Shown here: positions 49,599-62,871 of the stretch, piece by piece
Layout: every line of letters starts with the position of its first letter
How positions within the stretch are numbered: the stretch's first letter is position 1
NCBI RefSeq assembly: GCF_037042905.1
Contig: NC_087245.1
Location: 124,001 to 188,000, forward strand
DNA: 64,000 bases
Origin: Lytechinus pictus
Lineage: Eukaryota
Direction of reading: 5' to 3'
Made by a program: the position numbers and the translations under genes
Notes under the pieces: generated by a model
Database searches by the model: none
What the model saw: the letters and a program-made list of their open reading frames with translations, nothing else
What the model was told of the DNA's origin: nothing

Positions 49599-50869
49599 AT
49601 ATTACAGACACCACATGTGCAACAAGCCTGGTGAAGTTAGAAAGGAATTTTTGTTTTTTCACCTTCTGAGTAATTTTTTTCTCTTTCAGAAATGTTTTAT
49701 TATCTCAGAGAAGTTTATAGATCAAGTTGGCCAGTTTGGGGGTATAATAGACACTTGTACCAAACTACAAAATAAGGTTATTAATATGCCATGGTGAAGT
49801 CCCTTTTTTGTGCTGTAAGCTTTAATTGTCAAATGGGCCTCTGGGGCTAGTTGGAACAAAATTGAAAGGGCTAGTTGGAGTCCCAACTTACCCCAAAATA
49901 ATTATGAATAAAAACATTGGATATGAGAAAAAAAATGTATACAGTATTTCACACTTGTCTGAACATGCTTGTTTTGTTTGTCAGGTTAGGTCTGAGTGTG
50001 CATTTAAGGCCTATTGTAGGCCCCTAATGCTATATTAATCCTTATCAAATGGGGGGGGTCAATTTGAGCCCCCCCCCCCTCGACAAATTTCATCACTACG
50101 CCATCGCGCAAAATTTTTTGACACCACTCACTGACTTTTTACTTTCAAGTCTTGCGCATCTTTTGAGACCAAATTTACGATGCCTGGGTGCGCAGTATCG
50201 AAATAACGCAACATTTTGTACATGCATGTCGGACCAAAGATTGCTCAAAAACGTGATTCCATGTCAATGCAAATTGTGTTTTTCAACCAAAAATCATAAA
50301 TGTATGATTATTTTTACTTTTGTTGGTTCAAATGGATTTATTTATATGCTATTTATGATCGCAAAAGAGTCCCCGACAAAGTTCATCGAAAAAAAACAAT
50401 AAAAAACAAAGGTTCGAAAAAACAAAAAATACATCAGAAATTATATTTTTTGCAATTTTTTGTGGATATTTGTTATAAATGTAAAAATTGATACTCTCAC
50501 CAAAAATAAGCATTCTACTAGCTTAATAAATAGACTTAAAAGCAAAAACATACAAAAAACAAATTTAGGGCAAATTTATATGCTTATTTGCATAATTAAT
50601 TAGTTGAAAAATATAAACAATTAATTTTTGTCATGTAAATTTGATGCAGAAGTACATGAAATTGCTGATAATACACTTAATTGCATGTAAAATCAAACAC
50701 ACACAAATACGCGGAATTCTACTACACAGTCGGCTTGCGTGAGTGGCTTTATAATAAAAAACATAAAGTTCAACAAATTCACTTTTAATATTTTGAACTT
50801 GAAAACAAAAACAAATAGGCTATAAAAAACCATGTAATATTTGTATAGTATGAGGCGCCGATTGTACCA

Positions 50870-51840
50870 ATAATTTGTTATATGAACAATTATTTGTTAT
50901 ATAATCATTATTTATTAAATAATAACTATTATTTATATATAATTTACATTTTATTTGTAAATAATTACTATTATATAAAATAACATTTCTAATTATTTAT
51001 ATATAATTCCAAGTAATACTTCATTATTTGTAAATAATAATAGATCGACATTCCATTATTTATAAATAATGATTATTTGTTTTTCATTATTTATAAATAA
51101 TGATTATTTGATTTTCATTATTTATAAATAATGATTATTTGTTTTCATTATTTATAAATAATGATTATTTGTTTTTCATTATTTATAAATAATTTTTATT
51201 TGTTTTTCATTATTTATAAATAATGATCATTTGTTTTTCATTATTTATAAATAATGATTATTTGTTTTTCATTATTTATAAATAATTATTTGTTTTTCAT
51301 TATTTATAAATAATGATTATTTGTCTTTAATTATTTATAAATAATGATTTTCGTTTTTCATTATTTATAAATAATGACACTACATACTTCATTATTTATA
51401 AATAATTGCAATTCGTTTTTCCATTATTTATAAATAAGTTTTCTATTATTTATAAATAATAATTATTTATTAACAATGCCAGTGCACATTTCTTTATTTA
51501 TAAATAATTTGTTGAGTTTCCCATTATTTATAAATAATGATCATTTGTTAAATAATGAAAACGTCTACTTCATTATTTATAAATAATTTTTTCGAGTGCG
51601 CCATTATTTTCATTAATTATAGATAATCATTATTTAATGTTCGATTTTTCCATTATTTATAAATAATGATTATTTGTTAAATAATGAAATATCTTCTTCA
51701 TTATTTATAAATAATAATTTTGTTTCAATATCCCATTATTTATAAATAATCATTATTTATAAACAATTTTTACAGTTTGCCATTATATACAAATAATCAT
51801 TATTTATATACAAATAACCATTATTTATTAAATAATGGAA
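50870..51840. repeat. AT-rich minisatellite, ~30-bp unit with palindromic core
   Basis: Repeated CATTATTTATAAATAATGATTATTTGTTTTT; the core ATTATTTATAAATAAT is self-complementary. Confidence 0.92.
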
Positions 51841-52594
51841 AACTCGCAAATGTGGGACCGCCCATGATATGAATATTCATGATGCGATTTCCTTTTCGTG
51901 ATTTTTCTTCACAAATTTTTTCCGTTTCCTCTTCATAATGGCATTTCTTGAAGCAATTTTGTAGGGATATGGTCTGATTGTAATATTCTTCATTTTCTAT
52001 ATAACTTCGTCTTCGTAGAAATATCAAAAAGTGTAATTTTATACGATTTTTCCTACAGTTCACAATCCCCATAGGCGCGCGTGTATTTCACCTTTTCTCT
52101 CTGATCGTAGGAACAACCCAAGGGTTCATTACATGTTGTCGCGCACAGAAAAATTAAGCCATGGAAGTTGCGTGTTGTGGACACCAGAAGTGAGATCCCA
52201 GCACGCGAGACCCACTTGTTAGAAATCCACTGAAAAATGCAGTTCATGGTGCGACCTTAGTATACGGTACCTCGCAATACGAAATATTACGTTGGTTGGT
52301 CCCCGGAACTGTCGGGCGGAATTTAGCCCGAAATCCGGATCCTTAATGGAAGTGGATCAAGTGCATATGAGCTGAGAGAGTGAGTGTAAGTGCATCAGGC
52401 CCTTCTACTTTCTATAATTTTTTGTTTTTTTGTTTTTGTTAAGTTAATTTTTCCCCAAAATGCTCGCAACGACAATACGGGGGCATGATGACCCCTAAAT
52501 TTTTGAAAACTTATTTTTCTATTGAAAATTATCACAAAATTCACCAAAAGTGTGCACGAAAGCCTTCATATTTCACTTTCATATTTCACTTTTC

Positions 52595-55500
52595 ACGACG
52601 AAATTCGTGAATTTCGTCGCCAATTTCGTCGCGAATTATTCACGACATCGTGAATTTCGTCGCCAATTTCGTCGTGAATTTGTTTTGCTTGCCTGGGCGG
52701 TATGCGGGTTGAAACCATTTCGCCTGCTGCTAATTCCTCCCCTCACAACAGGGTCTACATTCATTTAGTCTAATGCAATTCTGTCCGAACAATAACCATT
52801 TGGTCCAGTCATCACTTCGTCTTATCACCAGTTCGTCTATGACCATTTCGTCTCATAAGTTGTTGGTCTAATGTCAATTTTTTTTTCCTTAATTTCGCCC
52901 AATTAACACTTAGTTCAATTAGACCAAATGGCATATGGAATAAATGGCAATTGGACCAACTTGGTTATTGTCTCACCTGCATAGCAGAGTGAGACTATAG
53001 GCGCCGCTTTTCCGACGGCGACGGCGGCGGCGTCAACACCGAATCTTAACCTGAGGTTAAGTTTTTGAAATGACAGCATAACTTAGAAAGTATATGGACC
53101 TAGTTCATGAAACTTGGCCATAAGGTTAATCAAGTATTACTGAACATCCTGCCTGAGTTGCATGTCACATGACCAAGGTCAAAGGTCATTTAGGGTCAAT
53201 GAACTTAGACCATGTTGGGGGAATCAACATCAAAATCTTAACCTAAGGTTAAGTTTTTGAAATGTCATCATAACTTAGAAAATATATGGACCTAGTTCAT
53301 GAAACTTATACATAAGGTTAATCAAGTATCACTGAACATCCTGCATGAGTTTCACATCACATGACCAAGGTCAAAGGTCATTTAGGGTCAATGAACTTTG
53401 GCCGAATTGGGGGTATCTGTTGAATTACCATCATAACTTTGAAAGTTTATGGATCTGATTCATGAAACTTGGACATAATAGTAATCAAGTATTACTGAAC
53501 ATCCTGTGCAAGTTTCAGGTCACATGATCAAGGTCAAAGGTCATTTAGGGTCAATGAACTTTGGCCAAATTGGGGTTTTTGTTGAATTACAGCCATAAAT
53601 TTGAAAGTGTGTTGGTCTAGTTCATAAAACTTGGACATAATAGTAATCAAGTATCACTGAACATCCTGTGCGAGTTTCAGGTCACATGATCAAGGTCAAA
53701 GGTCATGTAAGGTCAAAGAACTTTGGCCACGTTGGGGGTATTTGTTGAATTGCCATCATATCTCTATAAGTGTATTGGTCTAGTTCATAAAACGTGGAAA
53801 TAAGAGTAACCAAGTATCACTGAACATCTTGTGCGAGTTATAGTAGTTTTCAAAATCAGCACTGCTGCTATATTGAATTGCGTGATGCAGGTGAGACGGC
53901 CAGAGGCATTCCACTTGTTAGACGAAATGGCAGTTAGACCATGTGGATAGTGGACAAACTGATGGTAGACCAAATGATAGCAGACGAGTTGGCATTAGAC
54001 CAATTGAAAATAAACCATTGAAACGACAGAACGATGTCCACTGCTATCCATATGCATAGGCGGATCCATGGGGAGGGGGCCGAGGGGCCCGCCCCCCCCC
54101 CTATTGGCGGAGCAAAAAACATGAAAAAGGGAAGAAAGAAATAAAGAAAAAAAGGGGAAAAGAGAGGAGAAAAAAGAAGAGGAGGAAGACGAGTGAAAAA
54201 AAATAAGATGAGGGGAAGACATGGAAATAAAAAGAATCTTTCATGTCACTATATCAAATTTTCGCTCGCGCTTGCATTGCCTATAGGTGTTCCAGGGGCG
54301 GATTGTGTTTGTATAGGCCTCCATGCATTGGCATATAATCATTCCATTCATTCCATATCATCATTTCCCAGTAGCAGACTTTTCCCTGGGTCAGCACATT
54401 CCATCCCCTACCCTATCTAATCTGTTCCCATGGCTACCCCTCAACACCGTGTAGAGAGTTATATAATACCCTGGACCCTGCGTGGTACCACATGTTTCAT
54501 ATGTATGAATAAAGCACTTGTTCTTTGACCAGCAGAGAGAGCAGTCATGTGTGTATAGTGTTTGTGACTACAGTGTTATAGTAATAGACGTGTCGAACAC
54601 AAAACAGCCTTCACCAAAAAGGGGGGGGGGGAATCATTTTTCAGCAATATTTTCCCCGATCGGCCGCTCGAAGATGATTGTTGGTTTCTGTGAAGAGGTA
54701 GTCTTCTTACCTTTATTCTTATAAATCAACATAAATATATAATATCATAATCCTTATTTATATAATGTGAGCGCGAAGCGCGAACTATTTTTTTGATGTA
54801 TTTTTCCTAAAATTTTAACATTCTTGGCAATGTTTGTTTTCCTAAAAAAGATGTGTATGCAAATAAATAATTACTACGAACGCGAAGCGCGATCAGAAAT
54901 TAACTAGTGGAAAAGGTACCTGTTAAAGACTGCATGCAGTTAGTCATGAAGACATTATATATTTTAAAAATCAAATAATGCCAGCGCGATGCGCGAGCTG
55001 AATTTTTTTACATTTTTTCCCTTAAAAAATGAAAATTCTAAGGACTTTTTGTAACTTAAACAGAATAGGTATATAATAAACAATTGATGTGAGATATGTG
55101 ACATGAAAGATTCTTTTTATTTCCATGTCTAATTCCCTCATCTTATTTTATTCACTCGTCTCCTCTTCCTTTTTTCTATTCTCTTTTCCCTCCTTTTTTC
55201 TTTCTTTCCCTTTTTCCTTTTTTTTTGCTATGCCAACAGGGGGGAGGGGGGAGGGGCGGGCCCCTCGGCCCCCCTCCCCCCTGGATCCGCCTATGCATAT
55301 GGATAGCAGTGGACATCGAATTGAACTAAGTGTTAATTGGGCGAAATGAAGGAAAATAAAATTGACATTAGACCAACTAGTTATGAGACGAAATGGTCAT
55401 AGATGAACTGGTAATAAAACGAAGTGATGACTGGACCAAATGGTTATTGGACCATGGTTGTTAGACGAAAAGTTTATGGACAGAATTGCATAAGACTAAA

Positions 55501-55840
55501 TGAATGTAGACCCTGTTGTGAGTGGAGGAATTAGCAGCAGGCGAGTTGGTTTCAACCCGTATACCGCCCAGGCAAGCAAAACAAAATTCACAACGAAATT
55601 GGCGACGAAATTCATGACGTCGTGAATTTCGTCGTGAATAATTCGCGACGAAATTGGCGACGAAATTCACGATGTCGCGAATTTCGTCGTCAATATTCAA
55701 ATTGGCGACGTCGTGAATAATTTGCGACGAAATTCACGATGTCGCGAATTTCGTCGCCAATTTCGTCGTGAATATTCAAATTGACGACAAAATTCACGAC
55801 GAAATTGGCGACGTCGTGAATTTCGTCGTGAATATTCGCG
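52595..55840. repeat. Large inverted duplication
   Basis: Right arm ~55098-55670 is the reverse complement of ~54031-54250 joined to ~52600-52920; AATTTCGTCGC arrays at both outer ends. Confidence 0.85.
52969..53918 (+). mobile_element. Complete Helentron-associated element (HINE) with internal tandem repeats
   Basis: subTIR GTCTCACCTGCA at 52970-52981 and TGCAGGTGAGAC at 53886-53897, 5' partial hairpin, (GGC)n run, ~160-190-bp internal units (GGTCAAAGGTCA at 53177, 53369, 53532, 53694), TT insertion site, no TSD. Confidence 0.85.
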
Positions 55841-55877
55841 ATTGGGTCTATTTGCGATGTCCCTTCAGGGCCACCAT

Positions 55878-57110
55878 ACTAGAGAGAGGGAGAGAGAGAG
55901 AATGAACAGGTGGGAGAGATAACTGAGTTGTAAGATACATGTACAAGAGTCGTAGAATGAGAGAATTGAGTGAGAGAATGGATGAGGGAGCTGTAGTGGG
56001 AGTGGTTAAAGTGTGAGAGTCGCAGAGGGGGAAAAGTTGATCGAGAGAGCAGTTGGGGGAGTGGTGAAGAGAGAGTTACATACATGTAATAGGGAAGAAT
56101 AATGGAAAGCCGAAGAACTTGAATTTGGAATCAGAATACGCACATTAAAGGACAAGTCCATCCCAACAAAATGCTGATTTGAATAGAAAGAGAAAAATCA
56201 AACAAGCATAACACTGAAAATTTCATCAAAATCGGATGTAAAATAAGAAAGTTATGACATTTTAAAGTTTCGCTTAATTTCACAAAACAGTTATATGCAC
56301 ACCCTGTTTGGTATGCAAATGAGGGAACCGATGACATCACCCACTCACTATTTCTTTTGTATTTTATTTTATGAAATATGAAATATTTTGATTTTCTCGT
56401 CACTTTCATGTGAAACAAGTTTAATTCTTCCCTGAACACATGGAATACCATTATTTTAACATTTTGTGGTTCAAGCAAGGTGGTCCTAATTGTCAAATTC
56501 GTAAAAATTGAAATATTGTATAATTCAAACAATAAAAAACAAAAGAAATAGTGAGTGAGTGACATCATCGACTCTCTCATTTGGAAGTAACTGGCTCGTT
56601 CATATAACTATTTTGTTAAAAATAAGCGAAACTTTAAAATGTCATAACTTTATTATTTTACATCCGATTTTGATGAAGTTTTCAGCATTATTCATGTTTG
56701 ATTTTTCTCTTTGTATTCAAATCAGCTTTTTGTTGGGGTGGACTTGTCCTTTAATAAGTTCCATTTTAAACACTAATGTTATAGGCGGATTAATTTGGCG
56801 CATTGCACCGAAAGTGATAGGACCGATATGGGGGGAAGGGTTTTCTCGCCAAGTGGTGTTTGAGCCAAGATGTATAAAAAGGGCGTGTGCTAGGTCGGGC
56901 GGGGTAGTTCTTTTCGTTCACGATTTGTTTTGCTGCCGTAGGCCATGTCGGTTTAGTTTTACCCCATTGTCGGTTGTCCTACCCAGAGGTACGACGTTAT
57001 TATATTACACCAGCTTATTGATTTGATGCTGATTCAAAATAAACACATATAACTTTACTTCATCTCTTCGTTCGAACTTGTCATTTCTCGACTCCGTCTT
57101 TCTTTGTGAT
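55878..57110 (+). repeat. Dispersed repeat, copy 1 (possibly LTR-derived), interrupted by a MITE
   Basis: Colinear with 62872-63462 after removing 56149-56750; contains TATAAAA (~56873) and AATAAA (~57038). Confidence 0.7.
56149..56750. mobile_element. TTAA-site MITE (Kolobok-like)
   Basis: TTAA|AGGACAAGTCCA ... TGGACTTGTCCT|TTAA with long imperfect inverted arms; the empty site is visible near 63111; a related fragment lies at ~60630-60800. Confidence 0.92.
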
Positions 57111-57145
57111 TCTTGTTTGTTTTTCAACCAATGTTAACTTTAGAA

Positions 57146-57717
57146 CCCGGGGGGGGGGGGGGGGCCACTTACATTGACGAGTGGATACCATGCGCGACCA
57201 AAAAAACACGTAAAAAGGATGTCTTTTTCAAGATAGGGCACGTTACGTACGTAACGTAATAAGGGTGTCAAAAACACTAAAATAATGAAAAAAGGGTATC
57301 TATTTTCGATAGGAAAGCTACGTGTTTAGGGTCCAATTTGCGAGGGTATAAAAAAATTCAGACTACAATGTTTTATAAAGGATGTACTTTTTGCCCCAAG
57401 AGTCATCACTATGTGTTTAGAGTACGATTTGCATGAGGTGTGGGGAGGTGGCCGGGCTGTACTAAACCCAATGATGTATAGGTAAAGGTCCGTGGCATAT
57501 AATTTAAATATCGCTATACTTGTTTAGGGGTTCAATTCAGGGAATACTTGCCAAGAGTATCGTTTTGTTTCCAATACTTGTTAAGGGTAGGGTTTCACAC
57601 GCCAATACTTGTTAACGGGTGCATTTTCAGAATATGGAAATTACGTGTTTAGGGTGCTTTTCGAGACCCCATGGTCGCGCATGGTATCCACTCGTCAATG
57701 GAAGTGGCCCCCTTGGG
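57146..57717. mobile_element. MITE with CCCGGG(G)n termini and 8-bp TSD
   Basis: Inverted GGCCACTT(A/C)CATTGACGAGTGGATACCATGCGCGACCA arms; TSD CTTTAGAA at 57138-57145 and 57718-57725. Confidence 0.9.
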
Positions 57718-58009
57718 CTTTAGAATTGAACATTTTATCTGAGAATGGCCTGTTTACATCCCTCGCAATACAGTTTTATACATGTGCCCACCGTCTCAAG
57801 GCTCCGTGATGTAAATACAATGTCAAAAATATTAATAAAATATCACCATCGTGACGGAGTCCTCAAAGCTAGGGTAGACCATAGGGTGATCCCTTGACTG
57901 TGCAGAGCCATCAAGTGATTCGCAAAAAAGGAATGCAACATTTGAATAGACATGCCAAACCCATGCCTGTTTAGTCAGAATGTTATATTTTTTTTTTCTA
58001 TTTTGTCAG

Positions 58010-58193
58010 GTTGTTTGCAGTTCCTACTGGTATGGTTAGTATTCCTGTTCATTTGGTCGATCCCTATTATCCTGATTGAGTATGGTACCGGTCGATACAC
58101 CAAGAAGGGTCCTATATCTTCATTCAAAGAGCTTGCAGGGCCAAAGAGTGCATGGGCTGGGGGTTGGATTGCAATCATCAACTTAGGAATAGG
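58010..58193 (+). CDS. Next coding exon (TM2 to start of TM3) of the NSS/SLC6-like transporter
   Basis: Polypyrimidine tract and GTCAG| acceptor, GG|GTAAGT donor; phase-1 join with 21991 gives ...DE-G-CLQFLLVWLVFLFIWSIPIILIEYGTGRYTKKGP..., matching the NSS TM2 pattern PxxxxExxxG. Confidence 0.9.
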
Positions 58194-58479
58194 GTAAGTA
58201 TTCTCTTCTGTTGACTTAGGTAAGAGGAGTGTTACGGCACATTTTGGTAATTTACCAAAATGTGCCAATTGTGCACCTATGACTGTCAGGATTTTTTGTT
58301 ACCAAAATGTGCAGTTAAAACGTGATGTGCATGCACATTTTGGACAATATGCATATTTTGATAACAAATTAAAAACCAGATTTCACGATTATAATGGAGT
58401 AAAGTCTGATGATTATGATATTGAGTTTAATAGAGACAAAGTCAGTGGTAGTATTGTCTGTGTGGGGGGGGGGGTGATT

Positions 58480-59400
58480 TGCCTCTTTGTCCAACGCCAT
58501 TTTGTTCAATGATTATGTCGTCTAATGCCGTTTGGTCCATTATCATTCTGTTCAATAGTCATTTCGTCCGATAGCCAGTTGGTCTACGAGCCACTTCGCC
58601 CAAAATCCACTTCGTCTAAGAGCCATTTCGTCCAGTAGACACTTTGTCTGAGAGGCACTTCTCGCAAAACCACTTCGTCTATAAAATAGTAATTTCGTCC
58701 AATGGCAACTTCCTCGAAGAGCCATTTCATCTAAATGCAACTTCATTTAACAGACACTTCTTCCATGAGCCATTGCGTTCAATAGCTAGTTCGTCTAAAT
58801 TCATTGCCAGTTGGTCCAATTCCCATTTGGTCAAATACCCACTTGGTCCAATACCCTCTTTGTCCCAATAGCCAGTTCATCTAAATTCATTGCCATTTGG
58901 TCCAATACCCATTTGGTCCATTCCCACTTGGGTCTAATAACTGGGGCAGGTGCAGATCCAGGGGGTGAATAGGCCCCCCCCCCCCGGTAAAAAAAAGAGT
59001 GGTAGGAAAAAACACAGCACAATATAGGATGAACGACAATTGTTTCGACGCAAATAGCAATTTATATATTATTAGCCTGATTTTGATTACCATCTCTGCA
59101 ACGCATTCAGCTTATGCCCAGTTTTCTCAAATTTAATCACTTTTGGTGTTGTAATTGTATATCTAACATTGGGAAAGTCAGTAGTTTTCACAAAAGGGGT
59201 GAATGTGTGCATGTGTGGTGGCATGACAGGCAAGAGCCGGGGCGTTCACACCTGATATTACTACGCCATTGCGTAGACTTACATGACTGTATACGCATTA
59301 GACCAAATGGGCATTAGGCCAAGTGGGCATTGGACCAATGTCAGATCACGTGGATATTGGACCAACTGTCAATTGGACCAAGTGGGTGTTGGACTAACAA
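58480..59400. repeat. Diverged fragments of the ~20-bp (C)ACTTGGTCCAAT / TAGACCAA minisatellite family
   Basis: Forward units at ~58480-58940, reverse units at ~59295-59400. Confidence 0.65.
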
Positions 59401-61649
59401 ATTGCTATAGATAGTCAAAGAATTGCTCCATCATCTGCGACGTATAACCTGACCTTCAAAATGCCATCTTCATGCCCTAAATTCAAATCCGAAATAGCCT
59501 TCCTTCAAAAACGTCATATTTATTGAAATGTAAAGTAAAAAAATCGTAAAATAGCCATAACTTTCTTGTTTTTATTCATTTTGAGCTCATATTCTCAGGA
59601 ATTGAAACTGGTACCATATCATACATACGGTATAGTTTATACGCATCATTGATTTTCCGTTATTGAAATAGCGCCCTCTAAAGTTTCAAAAACACTTACC
59701 TTTGAATGCTCCTCATTGCGTCATGCATGGCCAAACCCGTACCCTTTTTTAGATTTAGGGTGTTCAAGATATGCCCTTTCATGCCATTTAGAAAAATATA
59801 TACCTTACAACTGACGAAATATCTGAAAAATGCTCCCGAAAATCAGCAAAATACGCAAAAATGCACTATAATGCCAGCACAACTTCAACTAGCTCTTATT
59901 TCCTTATTATTGAAGCTTATCCTTTCTAACTTGGCAGATATGAGTATTGATATATACTTTAACCGTTCGTTAACCTTTTGTGACAGAAACTGACAAAATC
60001 TGACGTCAGTTTAAGATTATTTTGCAAAACTGTCATTTTTAATGTCTTTCTTTATATGGCATTTACTTCCGGTCTATTGCTTGCGCACAATTAAAAGGGG
60101 TATCAATGTCACCGCATGGGAATGCTCTTTCCAGTGATACCAAATACGACATAGGTTACAACAGAAAATTTCAAGATAAGCCAATCTGAACACATGGTAT
60201 ACTACTACTCACAACGCACACATTATCAACAACAGAATTGTACACAATGTCAATGGCATAACGTATTATGCGTGCACATCGTTCTGCTATGTACTTTACA
60301 CTGAGTTACGTTAATGACTGTCAGGGAAATTTGTATGCTTATTCATAACACTCTCTCTGTGTCTTTCTCTCCCTTCTCTCTCTTTGTTGAGCGGCCATAT
60401 GGTCTAAAAATGGACGAAATCTGTTTGACTCGAGAATGTAACTTCCTATGGAGGGCAAAATGTACCAAAATCCACTTTGATGAACATGTAATTTTTGTTA
60501 GTCCTCCCCTGCCTCCGCTTCTCATCCAAATTCATGATTTGGTAGACATGTTGTCTATGATGCATTATTGTGTACCTCTTATTTCATTTTCAAAAATCAT
60601 TCATGCATGACAGTGCATGCGCCATTTTGAGTGAATGACATCATCTCTCTCTCATTTGGATGTAACTGGCTCGTTCATATAACTATTTTGTTAAAAATAA
60701 ACGAAACTTTGAAATGTCATAACTTTCTTATGCATTGTGCTTGTCTGATTTTTCCCTATTGATTCCAATCAACATTTTTCTGAGGTGGACTTGACCTTTC
60801 AATCAGACGCGTCAATGCATGCACATCGTTCTGAAACGATTGCAGTTCTAGTTTAAATTTGATATTGCTGATTGACAAAAGTGTATGAATATGATTCAAA
60901 ATCTAACACTGATTCTAGAAATGGTAACTACTGAACTTCCTTTGCCCAAATTGGGAAGATATATCAATGATTTGGAACTATTTTTTGACTGGCGGATGAA
61001 TTGGGGCTATTTTACTGTTTCAGTTGATGAATTTGATCCCATCATAGTTATCTTCATAAATGGTGATTTATTTTTAAAATGAGCTGGCTACTATACCCTT
61101 CTCTGGTCAGATATGGAATGTCAGATATATATCCTATCCAAAGGTAGTAAATATTCGACCCTCTAATTTCACATTTATTTTTTATGAATTTTTCTTAAGT
61201 GCCATTTTAACACACAAGTCTATGGGGAATGTTTTACGCGCGTGAGACCTTCATGCATGCGGTCCAAACGGATCTTGGGAGTTCTACACACAGTAATTGC
61301 GGCTGCCTGGGCCCTGCACCTGTGTGTCGGGTAAGGGTACCATACCATTTCTACTAGTTACCAAGCTGAGCTAGATTATGTTAGAACATTGATTCTTTGA
61401 AAGTCTGTCTTTGAGAGTATTTAAACATGTACCGATTCTTTGAATGTGTATAGCGGGGTGGAAAATAGAGATTTGGTTGTTTTGGTAAAAAGTTTGTTTG
61501 CCTTCTTGTACTGTTTACATTCCATAATGTGTTAATTTTAGTTGCCGGTTTTCTGGGTCAGGCCGGCTGTGTTTGGAATGTGGTAGTGAAGGAATTCAAA
61601 CTGAATGGTTGCTAGGCATTCGGGCTGTGTGGGATTTAGAATTAGTATA

Positions 61650-62732
61650 CAGTCAGTCCTCAAGCCCCTGTGTTAATGAGCAAATGAGCAAGATTTATCC
61701 AAGTCCTCTCGTGGCTGAATTCATGTCCCTGCAAAATCTCGTGAATTGTGAGACTTTCTTTCTCAAAGAATTTAACCACTTTCTCCTTGAGTAATATTGA
61801 TTATTTTTGTACCATGGGCAAGAGTAAATGTTACCCTTTTATATTGGTCATTTCTTTTGAATGAAATATTTTGATAAATAAGTGAATTTTTTACCTGAAA
61901 AGATGCATCAAACAGAATTTTCTTCCTCTGTTTTCACTTGCAAATTGTGCAACATTTTGTGTTTTAGGCACCAACATTATTTATATCATCAGAAAGCTCA
62001 AACTCTATACTTTCTTACAATGTCACTCTTGATATGTGGCATCTTTTAGATGGGTCAGCAGCCAGTTATTTCCATCAAGATGCAAGACGAGATTTCTGAA
62101 ATTTCTGAGTAACATAAAATCCAGAGTTCTGATTGGCTGAATACTGTTTTCAAAACAAACAGGCGCGGGTAATTTGAAGAGATTACCACATGGTGAGTGT
62201 GACCTTGCAGAGGCCCAGTGTGGGGAACATTGGAATTTGCGTGGGTGTGTGGTCTATGACCAATCAGAGCGCAGTATTCTTGTTTTTGAGCTGCAAAATG
62301 TACTTTGCCTATGAAAAGCTGGCTGCTGACCCATCTAAAATACATCTTCTTATAAAAATTATATCATATTAAAGCTTAGATCTTCAGCTTTATCATGATT
62401 TAAAAATCATTTGTGCCTAAACACAAATTAAGTGTGAAAACAACAACTTTTGTTGCATGAAAAAAAAATATTTTGTTTCATGTTTTAGATCAAAAGTTTT
62501 TCCTATATTACAAAATTCTTTTAAAAATCCAAACACATGACCTGAAAGAATGATTCTTCTTCTTTACAAAGATACCAAAAACATGAAATTTTGTCAATAT
62601 TTAGAGCAGCAATGGCCGAATAAAAAGAGGTGTTTTGGTTCGCACCAAGCTCATTAACTATGCAAAAACTCTCTTGTCATGAATATCACTTGGATAAAGG
62701 AAGCTACTTTTTCAGGGCTTGCGGACTGACTG
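61650..62732. mobile_element. Tc1/mariner-type non-autonomous element
   Basis: TA|CAGTCAGTCCTCAAGCCC ... GGGCTTGCGGACTGACTG|TA. Confidence 0.85.
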
Positions 62733-62871
62733 TATATCTCGGGACTCAATGGATTTGGAAGAGTACAATTGAATACTGAATTAGAATTTATGGACAGTCC
62801 AGCTGAACTTAAATATTTTTCTATTCTGCTTCTGATTTCCTGTTTTCCGGCTCGCTTGCATTCTTCAGCAA

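Noticed and set aside
56131..57026. 149-aa and 155-aa ORFs with similar C-terminal peptides
   Set aside because: They derive from the two inverted arms of the TTAA MITE
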